Source of the DNA: Chrysomallon squamiferum
Lineage: Eukaryota > Animalia > Mollusca
Direction of reading: 5' to 3'
Assembly (NCBI GenBank): GCA_012295275.1
Contig: CM022679.1
Coordinates: 24,738,001 to 24,802,000, forward strand
Length of the DNA: 64,000 nucleotides
Both the position numbers and the translations under genes were made by a program. Shown in pieces: positions 40,562-53,673 of this stretch. Under the pieces are notes generated by a model. The model did not search any database and was not told the DNA's origin. It saw nothing but the letters and a program-made list of their open reading frames with translations. Positions within the stretch are counted from its first letter, which is position 1. The number at the start of each line of letters is the position of its first letter.

Positions 40562-41019
40562 CGAAAAGGTCTTCCATACTGTCACAACTGTTACAAGGCT
40601 CTGTTTGGGCCTTTGATGCTAGGGTATGGATCCAATCTCCATTCACCGGCAAACTACAGACGTAGTGCAAACAGCGTAGACGAGTACACTAATTCATCAG
40701 TCGATCCAGACGACAATTACAAAACGGAAATATTTAGCTTTAATTCCAGAGATGTTAAAAGTGCAATACAAACGGATTCTGAAGCAAACCAAAGATATAT
40801 AAACGTGGTGTATAAGAAAGTGGAACCTTCGAACAAGAGTTTTCAGCGCGAACCACACGATACAAAATTTCACCGAGAACCACCCGACAAGGGTTTTCAA
40901 CGAGATCCACCCGATAAGGGTTTTCAACGCGATAATCCAGACAAGAATTTTCAACATGGATCATTAGACAAGGCAATGAACGAAAGGATTAAAGATGGAT
41001 ATGTATATACGCCACAACA
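40562..41019 (+). CDS. RASSF: LIM-RASSF coding exon 3 (end of LIM, linker with 9-aa repeats)
   Basis: RKGLPYCHNCYKALFGP completes the LIM domain. The frame is open to CA|GTAAGT, phase 2, which fits the exon at 53127. Confidence 0.9.
40823..40957 (+). repeat. Coding 27-nt tandem repeat, 5 copies
   Basis: EPSNKSFQR EPHDTKFHR EPPDKGFQR DPPDKGFQR DNPDKNFQH. Confidence 0.92.
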
Positions 41020-41379
41020 GTAAGTTATTTAATTTTTAAATTTATTTTGGTCATGTTTTTTGTTTATTTGATTGTTCTTGTTTTTTTTTTTTTTTGTTAA
41101 AAGTTAAATACGATTGTGTATAGCCAAGAAAAGAGGTGGTCTTGGAGTAGTCATTATAATCGGGTTGTTTGACATACATCGTCATGTAAAATTAAACAGT
41201 TACACGACTTTAGAAAAATATTTAGCACTGTCTCATATAGATGTTGTTACATACAATAAATAAAAAAAAAAAAAAAAAAATAAATAATAATAAAATAAAA
41301 TAATTTAAAAAAAAGAATGAATTGACACGACTGGCAGTGTATCTAGCGTTATGTTGTTGAGAAAGATTTAGTTTTAAAA

Positions 41380-41620
41380 CACACAGAAAGGTCACAGCGC
41401 TGTCCCCACATGCACACCAAGCACGAACCGCACACACATCACCAGAAGGTCAGCAACAAAAACGTGTGGCTCTTTGAAGGTGTAAGGTAAAACAGGTTGT
41501 TTCCCTTGAATATTTTGTGTATTTTTGCCTCAAGATGGCAGCGTTCTCAGGGTTTTTTAAGGTCAACATTATACACATGTCTAGATGTGTAACAACTGTC
41601 TGAAGTGTTACACTTCGCAA
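41380..41620 (+). promoter_or_regulatory. Candidate internal promoter of RASSF
   Basis: Locally GC/CpG-richer patch with YY1-like AAGATGGC (41532), just upstream of an ATG...AG|GTAAGG mini-exon and just before the CpG-depleted domain. Confidence 0.45.
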
Positions 41621-41642
41621 TGGCGTTATTAGCTTCTAATAG
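41620..41642 (+). CDS. RASSF: Candidate alternative first coding exon of RASSF (MALLASN-R)
   Basis: gcaATGg start and AG|GTAAGG donor, phase 2, in frame with the exon at 53127. Confidence 0.5.
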
Positions 41643-41917
41643 GTAAGGATATTATTATTTATTACGTAGAGTGTTTTCAGATTTACTGAAACGGATGCCG
41701 TGATTGTATTGTAATCTCAGGTTTTATAAAGACACATAATCATGAATGGTCAGCGACTGTTCATTGCATAACAAATTAACGTCGTCGGCAGAATTACTGC
41801 AAATGAGAAGTTTAAAACAATAATAATAATAATGATAATGTATTATAGGGCTGGTTAATAAAAGTGAGGTATTGTCAGTGTTCGATATATCGGTATTTGT
41901 ATATATGCAATATCGTG

Positions 41918-41953
<36 letters not shown>

Positions 41954-42115
41954 TTTTTTTTTTTTTTTTTTAAAGGACGCCACTGTTAGGTACAATTAAA
42001 GCAAGTTTTGTATTTTAGTTATGGAAAAGAGTTAATGATCGATCATAGTCAGGTTTTAAAAAGTTGTAGTAGTAATATAACTTTGTGTATGTTATATTTT
42101 TAAAGATTGTTTTGT

Positions 42116-42159
<44 letters not shown>

Positions 42160-43746
42160 AAAAATACCCCATCAAACATATATGTAAAAGGTTGCACACA
42201 TAAGTGATAAAACTCGATCATAATTTTCAAACAGTTTAAAAGAAAGTGATTAAACAGTGGAAGGAAACTGATTTCACATGATTAATGAGTATAATTAAGT
42301 TAGAATCACAATTATACAACAGGTCAAGGTTAAATTTATCAGTGTGGTTTCTAAGTGAAAGAAAACAACTCTTTCACCTTAGTAATTGCCATCCAATCAG
42401 TTCACTGCTAGAACTAGTTCAACAATGCTTATCCAGACAAACCAACAAACACAAACCCACTTCTCATGTAAATGTTAAAATGGGTGGAGATGTCAAATTA
42501 AAAAAACAAAATAAGAAAAAAGAAAACGAAGAGAAAGAAAAAAGGCAATCACTTGTATGGAGGGTTTTGATATCACGTACTCCCTATTCAGACTGAATTT
42601 ATATTTAGAAGTTTTTTTTTGTTATTTTTTTCTTTTGAAAAAAAACCATCAACAATTAGATGTAATAAAATAAAATTAAGCAAATAAAAAATCCAAATCC
42701 TACTAATGAAAACCCCCCAGAAAATCCTAAAAATATCAGTAAAACAGTAAATAGATTTCTATTACAATTTTTATATTTACTTGAATAACATCTATAAATA
42801 CTACATGTAAATATTCTTAGTATGATTTTGGATAATATTCTTGTTACTTGATGTTAACATAACGCTCATAAAATAAAAAGAAAAGTATATAACTTATAAG
42901 CACTGAATATTAATTTTCTATACTTACATCATAATAGGCAAAATCCTAGTTACTTTCTTTGCATTTTTCATTTTTACTTGAAGCATAACAAAAAACATGC
43001 ACGCATATCTTGCATCCCTCACTTGATCTTTATTTTAATGTGTGAAGAATATAATGAACTTTATATATAGAATTATGTATGTGAATGCTATTTGTGGTTA
43101 ACATTGCTTCAACTGTGATATCACAGGAAACAGTTTGTTCAGTTTCCTGAATGTTGAATTACACACAGTCACTTGTTCACATAATCCTCTTCCCTGGTTC
43201 CGGAGTTCATTTCCTACCTGGTCTAGATCACCATAACTTCTATTTCTTGTATTAAAACCACTACACTGAATAGAGTTTACAGATACTGTGTTAAATATTG
43301 GTAGGAAGTCACTGGATGGACATTTTTAATGGAAGTTTTCTGTTATGACAGTAGCTCTTAATTTTATTGCTTTTTATTATTTTTATGTCAATTACATTGT
43401 CCTGTTTATAATTTATGCATTCAGTGAATAATATATTTTATCCTTTGTTAACTCGATTAATGGGATTTGGCTGACCTGGATTATGGAATTACTTTAATTA
43501 TATCATCTGTTTTTGTTTTAAAGCAAAAACAATATTCTTCAGATTGATTTAGTTTTTCAAATAGAAGATATTAAGGATGAGAAATATTTGACCTTTTATC
43601 TTTTGTCTGTATTGTTGTAGATATTTTTGACATTTTCACTGGTTATTTTTGTATATCTCTTTGTGTACTTATTGATTAAGTTTAAAACTGGAAGTATTTT
43701 TGGAATATCTGTTTTAAAACAAAAACTGAAGCTGTACTGTTACAAA

Positions 43747-43829
43747 ATGAATGTACCTGCTGAAAGAAAGTCTTCAGCTGGATCACTAGCAGCTTATTTG
43801 GATAGATACAAAAGAACTCAAGAATTCAG
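43747..43829 (+). CDS. RASSF: Candidate alternative first coding exon of RASSF (MNVPAERKSSAGSLAAYLDRYKRTQEF-R)
   Basis: aaaATG start, coding-like composition in AT-rich flanks, CAG|GTAAAT donor, phase 2, in frame with the exon at 53127. Confidence 0.6.
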
Positions 43830-44010
43830 GTAAATCTTTCAGTTTGCAGTGCTAATCATAATATAAATATTGCTGCTTTTTTCTTTTGATATCTTTAAAG
43901 ATCTGTTCCATCAAGTTTGTCACGAGTGGTATATAAATAACAGTGGAATTTGTTTTTAAAATCAAATATAAAAATAGTTATTTTAATTTGCAATTTTCTG
44001 TTCAGATTCA

Positions 44011-44062
<52 letters not shown>

Positions 44063-44429
44063 TTTTATTAATAGACCATTCCAGCCGATGCTCCATATGG
44101 TGTTAAAATCATTACACTGAATATAGTTAAATACTGAGTTACTTACTGTTATGTCAGCCTGACTGGGGAAGTGTTTGGTTTTTCTAGCTGCACTGAAGTT
44201 CAGTGTGTGAATAATTACATTGTTTAATCAGGTTAGATTAGTAACAATATTTATAATTTACAGTATCAAATTATTCAGTTGTATTTAACATATATTTGTT
44301 CAGATGTAGATACATTTATTCAAATAAAGTCTGCAGTAAAAATGATTTATTAACATTTAAATAAATAAATAAATAAAAGGATACTGCAGAAAAAATAATT
44401 TACAAGTCAATAGATTAGCAGATGAGGAA

Positions 44430-44900
44430 AAAATCATTCACCAGACAACAGACTACTGTTAAAGATTAAGTAGCAAGAGCTATTTTATGTTAATTTTTTT
44501 TTCTATATTAGTGGGACAACAAACTGCTATTGCAGGTTAGCAGCAAGACCTATTTTACTTTAATTTTCTATTCTGTATTAGTGACATATGGGATGAGATC
44601 ATTCACCAAACAACAGACTGCTGTAAGACCTATTTTACCTTAATTTTCTATTGTGTGATAGTGATATCTGCAAGGAAATCATTCACTAGACAACAGACTA
44701 CTATTATAGGTTAGCAGCAAGAGCTATTTTACATTAATTTTCTATTGTGTAATTGTGATGTGGGAAGATATCATTCATCAGACAACAGACACAAGAGCTG
44801 TTTTACATTTATTTTCTATTGCATAATAATGATATGTAGGAAGAGGTCATTCATTAGACTATTGTTATAGGTTAGCAGCAAGTGATATGTTACATTCCTT
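44430..44900. repeat. Tandem array of about 6 units of 75-93 bp related to the SINE-like repeat core
   Basis: Repeated atcattcaccagacaacagact...ggttagcagcaagagctattttac.ttaattttctatt. Confidence 0.88.
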
Positions 44901-46306
44901 TCACATGGCTACTGCATACACCAGTAATAGTTAAGAAAAGGAAAAGCTTTTCATCTGCTGTATCATTGTCTTAATTTTATAGTGTGTGTTTTTTAGGTTT
45001 TTATTATTTATTGTTATTATTTTTTAAATGATCCTTTTCATTGTATTTAATGGCAAAAACAAATACAGCTTTTGATCAACTATTTATGGTCAGTATCAGA
45101 AATAATTTCTAAATATGGAACAATTATATTTTTCGGCATAAGGAATATTTAAGATTATAAAAAATAACAAATTGCAATGTAACTCTAGGACCACTCAGAT
45201 TCCCAGATGTGCCTTGTTTAACAAAAAATGAAAAAGTTTATGGTGACATTTTCTAAAATGTTAACCCATTTGATATTCAGGTCCATAGAGATTTTGTTTT
45301 CTGCTTCAGTATCAGATGATCTGATTCCAGCATAATCGCTGTGAAAAGATAATGCTGAAACATAAAACAAAATTGCAGAGGATGTTTAGTTCAGCAGAAT
45401 CGCGGTTCTCGCTGTGATGTAACAATTAGGAAGAGATAAGGCTGAACCATAAAACAAAATGAAAGGCCTTGACGGATGTCTCCGGTATTGATTTATTTTG
45501 GGGATGAGTGGTGGATGAGACATGTAGCATACTGTGAGAGTCATGAATAATTTAAGAAGATAGAAGACTCCTTGTAAAAGGCTTGAATTGAAAATAATTT
45601 AAAAATATTTTTACAAAGTCTGTACCTGATATTTTTATGTACAGATTTGCCTATTTAGAAACAATCGTGCACACATACAGACACTTGCATGCATGCATGC
45701 ACAAATAACAAACAATTCACAGTTTATATCTAACACAAATGTACAAAACCACTGACACCTTAAAAATACGTGCACATCAAACATTTGTACTATAAAGCAT
45801 TCAGAGAGGAAATTAATTACAGCTTATTTTACTAGTTAAAGTAACATGCTAGAGGCAAATGGTTGAAATAGGTTGACTAATGATTTTGTACATTTAAAAA
45901 AAATATATATATATTATTGGATTTTTTTTTATCTTAGTCTGTAAAAGAACTTTATTATTATTTTTTTTTTATGTTTTACGTACAGCATTTGTTCATGTTT
46001 TCCACTTCAAAAGTCTTGTCATCATCATATTTAGGTTGCATATTTGAACTACTACTACTCAACTATACCAAATAAATAAAATAAATAAATAAATAATAAA
46101 TAAATAAATACATTTAAAAAATACAAATGTAATAAATAAATAAATTAAATTAATATCTGAAATAAAATAAAATAAAATAATAAAATAAAATAAAATAAAA
46201 TAAATAATATTTATTTATTTATCAGTAGATTAATAATTTGGATGTCAATGGCTACATGTGTGTTTACAGTTTTGCCAGCCACTGATAATTCACCAGAACA
46301 TGTGAC

Positions 46307-47558
46307 TTATCTTATCATGACCTCTAACCTCATATCTTGTTTCCCTGATTCCGCTTGTTTTGGCATGGCTACAAAGAGATAAAATATTTTATTTTTGTGA
46401 TATGGATCTTGTTCATTGGTACAGTTATGTATAGGAGGAAGAAGAAGAAGAAAAAAAAAAAAAAAAAAAAAAATAATAATGGATAATGAAAAAGAGAAAA
46501 TCAAATTAAGATAAATAATGTTTGTGTGTTATTTAGAAGTAATGTTAAACTGATGTACAAACACACACACACAAAACACAAATATATAGATATGTACATA
46601 CAAGTGTGTGCACACACACACACACACACAGACACACACACACAGCTTAAAGACTTATCAGAGCAGAAAGATGGAAAACTGAAAAAAAACACACATATAC
46701 ACACCACCTCTGCTAACAAACACAACATTATTTAGAAAACCACTCTGATCATGAGATAGAAAATATCAATTTCAGACTTGCTGTCTTGAAATCCAGCTTT
46801 TTTCAAAATACAATCCAGGACAAAAGAGGTCAAACAAATTTAAAATAGAGTATATACTTGATTTTATGTGTGTGTTTTTTATACCAGATCTTGACATGTC
46901 AAATTTGCTTTCTGATTCAAGTGAAGTCTGTTCCAAACAGATTGTTGATCTTCTCCTGTACACAAACTCAGTTATTTCATATTTGCACAGAATTTAACCA
47001 GTTTGTACTTGTTTAACCAACAGGTAAAAACCTTTACAATCAGATAATAAAAATAAAAGATATAAAAAAAATGACAGTATTAAAAAATCACAGGTCTTTA
47101 GTAAATTGTATCTTTTTTATAACATGAAATAAAAACAAACAACAAAAACAGCAAAATTAAAAAAAAAATAAATAACAGGACCTCAACAAAAACCAAACCT
47201 TTAAAAATATTATATTGATAAACAGGTTAGCTGGAAGAATACAGTTTATTTAAACATGTTATTAAATAAAATAATGTATCTGAAAAAGAGTATGAAGACT
47301 GTTTTAATACGCAACATACCTGTAGATCTATTTTCATGAATAATACTTTAATCCATAAAACATGTTTTAATATTTATACAACCTACTGACTTGAATGTAC
47401 AACATTTTAAATGTAAACACATTGATCGTGATAAGACATATTTTAATATACAGTATACCCATATACCTGCTTTATCGTCTTTTCAATGTACTTTAATCTG
47501 TAACTTACCTGTTGAATGCAGACACACCCTGGATAATTGTGCTCATCATCATCATCAT
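46307..47558 (-). other. Candidate antisense three-exon transcript with a 60-codon ORF
   Basis: Exons 47558-47509, 46955-46885 and 46368-46307 have GT-AG boundaries and matching phases (2 then 1). No recognisable homology. Confidence 0.35.
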
Positions 47559-47832
47559 GATGATGATGCTCAGTTCCTGATTGATGTATGACAGGTAGCC
47601 TCAGGTGTAAAGTATTTAGAACTGAATAATACATTTTACACAACGTACTCTGAATTAACTCTATTGACAAACATGTAATCAATAAGTGTATTTGTGTTAA
47701 TATAGAAAAATTTCCAACAGATGTTGAGTTTGTTCAGCTAGTGTGTATGTACGTTAGTTTTATTCACAGGTTAGGTTCAGGTAAACACTTTTTAAAAATA
47801 AATACACTGAAAGAGTAATTAGTTGAATAATT

Positions 47833-47891
47833 ATGGGAAATTCAGTTCATCATGAGCAACTGGTTAGTAAACTCCAGTCTATCAATGATTT
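47833..47891 (+). CDS. RASSF: Candidate alternative first coding exon of RASSF (MGNSVHHEQLVSKLQSIND-L)
   Basis: attATGg start and TT|GTAAGT donor, phase 2, in frame with the exon at 53127. Confidence 0.5.
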
Positions 47892-48399
47892 GTAAGTATG
47901 TCATGATTTCTTTCTTTCTTTCTTTATTTCTTTATTGTTGTTTCTTTTCTTTCTTTATTGTTGTTTCTTTTCTTTCTTTTTTTGTTATTTATTCTTTTTA
48001 TGAAAAATATTTTCACTTATTCTGGGTTTAATTCACCACTTGTTTATATCAGAACATTTATTTTTAATTCATTCTGGTTTTGTTATGTTTCAGTGTTTAA
48101 GAACTATTTATCATGGTTTATTTCTTTATTTTTTATATATTTTATATATTCCTCCTTGATTTTCTGAAAACATTGTTGTAATCTGAAGCCTGTAAAATAA
48201 AATTAAATATACAGTGTCTGCTTACAAATATATATATTTAATTAAGCCATAATGAAAATAAAAAAACAGGTAATTTTTAATAATATTACTTAAGTGAATT
48301 TTTCTTAAGGCACAGCAATTAATCAACTAATTTTATAATTATAATAATCAAGTATAATTAAGTTGGCACAAAACTGTTGTTCTGTTGAGGCCTCAATAG

Positions 48400-50085
48400 T
48401 TCCTGACTTAACATTAAAATATAAGTCTTAGAAGTAAATACATATTCATAGGAACAGTAACTAATATTCAAACTAAAGTTACAAGACATTTTTTAAATGT
48501 TTATCTCAAATTTTAATCAGTCTTTATCTTATTTCAGCATTATGAATAATAATTGAAATCATAGAGTTGTCAGTTTTATATTTAGCAATAGCCATACATT
48601 CATGTTTAGTATAAAACTGTTAGTTTTTTTTAATGGCTAGATGTACAAGTACTCACTTGTTTTAGTTTAATATACCACAGCTGTAGATTATAATTACAAG
48701 TAAAATTTACATGTCAGGCCAATTTATGTTTACTAATATCAATCTAGTAGACCTACTTGTTTATGTAATGTTCAAATACCAGTTGTTAATCACTGAATTA
48801 TGTACAAGTACTTTTTTTCTTTGTTTTAATATATCTTAGCTGTAGCTAATTATTACAAGAGAATTTTATGCAGTGTTTACTAAAATTATATTACACATTG
48901 TTATTTAAGTTGTGACTTATTGGGTTTGCATAGCCACATCTACAAGTAGTCACAGATAATAATTAAAAGTCAAGTTGAATCGAAGTGGTCCAGTTCATGT
49001 TTAGTAATATGCTAGACTTTCTTATTTTGTGGACTTCCACTGTTGTATGTACAAATATTCATTTTGTTTGTTGTATAAACAGATTTGTGTTTTAGAGTGT
49101 AGGTATCGGGTTTCAGTAACTACCTGTTTTTTCATTTACTGTTTTATTTAATTTCTGTAGCTAATAATTGCAAGTGAAGTTTGAACTGTGATCCAGTTCA
49201 TACTTAATAACTTTATACTAGACAATCACATTTACTATAGAAATATTCAGTTGAAATAGCTGCAGGAATGAAATGTGTTATTTCTTTTATTTATTTTCCA
49301 TAACATAATACATATGAGTAAATTTGGTACAGTGATGGAATTCATATTTACTAAAATAATACCAGATATTCTTATTAAATGCTGAAATATCAGGTTAAAA
49401 GAGCTAGATGTACAAAGTATATTATTTCTTTCATTTAATTCCCATAAATAATAATTATGAATGAATTTTATACAGTGATGCAATTGATGTTTTCTAAAAT
49501 CGTACCAGATATTCTTATTAAATGCTGAAATATCAAGATTTAATGGTTATATGTATAAGAATGTTATTTTTAAAATTTAATTCCTATATATAATAATTTA
49601 TGAGTGAATTTTATATAGTGGATCAATTCATGTTTACTAAAGTCGTACATTCAAATTTTGTGCAGAAATATTAGGTTACAATATCTACATGTACAAAGTA
49701 TGTTTTATTTAATTCCTATAGATAATAATTCTACACAGTTTGCATAGTGGTCCAATGAATGTTTACCAAAATCATAATTGCGATCGACATTTCTGTTAAA
49801 TTCTGAAATATCAGTTTATATGTACAAAGTATGTTATATCTTTTATTTAATTCCTATAGATAATAATTACAAATTTTATACAGAGGTCCATACTAACATA
49901 CAAGACATTTGGTGTAGCAATTGCATGTTTCAAGAGCTACATGAACAAGTATATAATTATTTATTTTCATGACTTTAGATAATAACTACAACCAGAGTAG
50001 TCCAGTTCACACTTACTAGTATCAAACTAAACATTTTTATTTATAGCCGAAGTATCAGGTTTTAACAGATAAATGTACAAGTATG
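48400..50085. repeat. Degenerate ~140-bp tandem array (roughly 11-12 units)
   Basis: Recurring atgtacaagt...tagataataattacaag...gtccagttcatgtttactaa. An identical block accagatattcttattaaatgctgaaatatca occurs at 49361 and 49504 (period 143). Confidence 0.88.
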
Positions 50086-50205
50086 TGATGCTGCAGAGAT
50101 ATTTTGGCTAGCAAAAGTATGTGAAAGTTTCTGGAACAGACACAGAGGTTATCAGTAGAGCATACATACATGCATGTATACATATTTGTATATATAATGT
50201 ATATG

Positions 50206-50250
<45 letters not shown>

Positions 50251-50532
50251 TGAATGTTCTTTTATTAAAGCATACATCTCTGAATGAAATATTAAATGTA
50301 TATTTATTATACAGTGTATAATACATGTTAATGTTTTGTCACTTTATAAACATGTGTTACACTGAATGAAATGTTCATTACATTTGAAACATACCATAAT
50401 TTTTTTCAGCACAATAACATGGTTTGTTATACTGTAGTGAGCATAACCATGTAAAGTAACATTTTATGTAAAAGCCTTTTTTAGAAATTCAAATAATATT
50501 CAGAATAGTAAAGGTAGATTTTTTACTAGTCA

Positions 50533-50570
<38 letters not shown>

Positions 50571-52759
50571 TGCATACAATCATTCATAAATCATTCACAC
50601 ACACACACACACACATTGTTAAACAAAGGCCCAAAAATACACTTAGTACAGACATTTATAAACAACACTTAATACTGAAGCAGTCACACGTTTCAGCAGT
50701 TTGTCGGTTATATAAGCATTATCGTTTATCCACTGCAGCCAGCTGTATTTATATTCTATGTAATGTAATGATAAAATCATTTTCTGTTATTAAATACATT
50801 TCAATAGTGGGTGTGGTGTGTTATCATCATGTCATCAACTACATGCTACCTTTTATCAGGTATTCATTATCAGTGTATATTCACTTTACTTCATAGATCT
50901 TATAATACATTAATGATTTCTTTTTGCTTTTTCACAGTCATGTTTGCATGTGTGTCTGCATGTGTGTGTGTGTTTGTGTGTCTGCATTGTGTGTGTGTGT
51001 GTGTGTGTGTGGTTTTATAACTGGTCCAGTCATCCTTAACAAATATGCATAGATATATATGCCTGTGTTATTTATAAAAAGTAAAAGCTATACAACTTGT
51101 ATCACGTTAAGCATCTCAAGGAATAGTGCAGGATATTGTGAAGGGTTTCTGTAGTAATTTGTTGGTTTGCCTAAATAGATAACATTCTCCATGTATCATG
51201 CTTGCATTTTAGCACAAAGATCTACATTAAACATGTGTTCTGTCAGACAAAATTACATTTAATTAAATATCTATGGTGCAAGGAATGAATAGACTAAATA
51301 TATCTTTTATCATTTTGATTCTTAATTGCTTTGTATTATTTATTTGTTTATTTATTTATTTAATTTTAATTATTTTTTAATTATATATATAACTACCATT
51401 TGTACTAGTTTCTATACATTACTAAATAAGTTGTGTATGAGAAAGAGTGAATGAGAGAGAGAGAGAGAGAGATATCAAGAGATATCAAGAGATATCGAGA
51501 GATCTGGAACCAGTCTTAGCTAAGAACATATGATAATATATTAAGTCCTAAAGTGCAGAACATGTTTACATTTTTCTTTGTACACACTGTTATTTCACAG
51601 AAATGTAATAGTATTTAATAGATTGATAGATAAGCAATTTACACACACACACACAACCCATACACACACACACAAGCACCCATATACATACACAAATGTA
51701 GGGTTGTTTTAAAATATAAGTAGACAATATTGGAATTTTAGTTATGTTTTATTACCCCCCCACCAGGTAACCTAGGTAAGATATTACTGTCATTTATCAA
51801 AAGGTTGCTAGAAGTAAAAGAAGCCCAGTGACTTGTAAATTGATAATTTATATACAGTTAATAAAAAAATAAATCGGTTAATATTTTGGATTGATTGTTA
51901 ATCTTAATTTATCCAGAATGGTAATATTTTTATAGGTATAGGATTGGCAAATTTGGCAAGTTTATATTTGGTATCATTGGGTGAATAGTTATAATAATAG
52001 GGTACAAAGTTCAAAACTTTTTTAAAATTATTATTTTTGATTTAAATGGCCCTTAAAAAAGTCTTTCTTTAAAATTGGTTTATAAAAATATGTATCCTGG
52101 TTTCAACATGTTTAAATTCCTATGAACATTGTGCTGTTGGACCTCGCTTACAAAATAGTCTGCTTTGTATGTAGTGTCTTGTTTGTTAATATTACTCCCC
52201 AAACACCGATTGTGTGTGCACTGTGCTTAGTCGTGACCCAGAACAAACATTTGTGCTGTTAAGATTTCTGTCAGGTGTGCCTACTTCACTGTGCCTCACA
52301 CATTCATTAGTTGCTTGACCCATCAAAAATAAGCTGTTTCTCTAACTACGTCATCTCAAGCGATAGTGGTAGTAATGTAAGCAAACATTATTTTTGTAGG
52401 TTTTTTTTGTTGCGGTTGGTTGTTTTTTGTTGTGGTTGGTTGTTTTTTGTTGTTTTTTAAAGATATGATTATATAATGAATAAAATGTTGATGTGTGAAA
52501 CTTTTTTTTTTTTTGTTGTAAATACAAATATTGTTTGTTGTATTATAAGTCTTTTCATTTATTTTGCTGTTATTTACTTCCTGCTTTTTTATACTTATAA
52601 TAGTTATACTTAATTTTAAAAATAAATTGATTATAACATTTAAAATAAAAACAAGTTGTATGAGAGAGAGACAGACAGACAGACACACACACACACACAC
52701 ACAGAAAGAGAAAGAATCAATGAGTAAAAAGGATTTATTGCTGTGAGTTGAAAAAATAA

Positions 52760-52896
52760 TACCTTATGGCTTGGCAGTCAAATTTCTTTTCTTCTCTACC
52801 ATTACTTGTATGGTTCTTTGCCATGTGTGCAATGCCATCATAGTATTTACATTATAAAAATGTTTTGAGTATATCACTGAATAAAATGTTTTCTTT
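52760..52896 (+). mobile_element. Decayed SINE-like repeat, 3' part
   Basis: Ends tgttttgagtatatcactgaataaaatgttttcttt, similar to 27300-27335. Confidence 0.45.
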
Positions 52897-53126
52897 TACC
52901 TTCAGAAATCACAATGATGTGGTAATCAGAAATCTCTATGAAAATATTAAATAGGTATCATCAAAGGAATTCTTAACAATAATTATACATGAAAACTGTA
53001 CATTTTCATGTATAATCAATATGAGCTTTCTCTGCCTTTAATATTGATTTATAGAAAGTTAATTTTAAAACCTTTTTATTTATTTATTTATTTATTTGTA
53101 TATATATATATTTTTTTTTTTCACAG

Positions 53127-53205
53127 GGAGGAGATGCTTAACAAAGTTGAAATCTACAATTCACATTACAAAGGGAAGATCAGAAATCAAATCACTGTTG
53201 AAAAT
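53127..53205 (+). CDS. RASSF: RASSF coding exon 4 (first exon common to all candidate isoforms)
   Basis: EEMLNKVEIYNSHYKGKIRNQITVEN resembles the RASSF2/4 N-terminal LKTYNxYY region. TCACAG acceptor and AAT|GTAAGT donor. Confidence 0.9.
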
Positions 53206-53673
53206 GTAAGTAGTTTTACCATACACCTGTTTAAATCATACAAGTTCAAGATTAAAGAAATGTTTGACTATCTGTGAGTGTGTGTGTGTGTGTTCGTGCA
53301 TGTGCATTGTCTGAAATTTAGTGGAATAATTTCTTAACTTAATACCATTTAGTGAATTACTTATTTTTATGTCAAATTACTTATAATTATGGCAAAAAAT
53401 GCCAGAAACATTAAATTTTTGTTATTTTAAAATCTCTCTGTTGTAAAATTTGTCTGATTTGGGTGCAGCTTCCTTGTCTCTGCTTTGTATATGTGTATGT
53501 GTGTATGTATATATATATATATATTTTTTTTTTTCAGTTTTTAATTTACAGATTAGAATCATTGGGAAGTTTTTTTTTTCACTTTTACATTTTCATTTCT
53601 GAATCTGTCATAAAATACATCATCTGTAAATTAACCAGTGTCAGTTAAAACATCCATTCGTTCATCATTTCAG

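Noticed and set aside
40697-40976. Two minus-strand repetitive ORFs
   Set aside because: Antisense shadows of the 27-nt coding repeat in RASSF exon 3.
44430-50085. Repeat arrays as CRISPR-like structures
   Set aside because: Units are homologous along their whole length with no unique spacers, the context is a eukaryotic intron, and there are no cas genes.
51744-51766. A fourth phase-2 mini-exon (MFYYPPT-R, AG|GTAACC)
   Set aside because: Poor start context, frame depends on a C homopolymer, and no promoter-like surroundings. Indistinguishable from chance.
52906-52954. Possible cassette exon after a strong acceptor
   Set aside because: The 49-nt version has stops in all three frames, neither candidate length (16 or 49 nt) is a multiple of 3, and the pyrimidine tract comes from a repeat tail.
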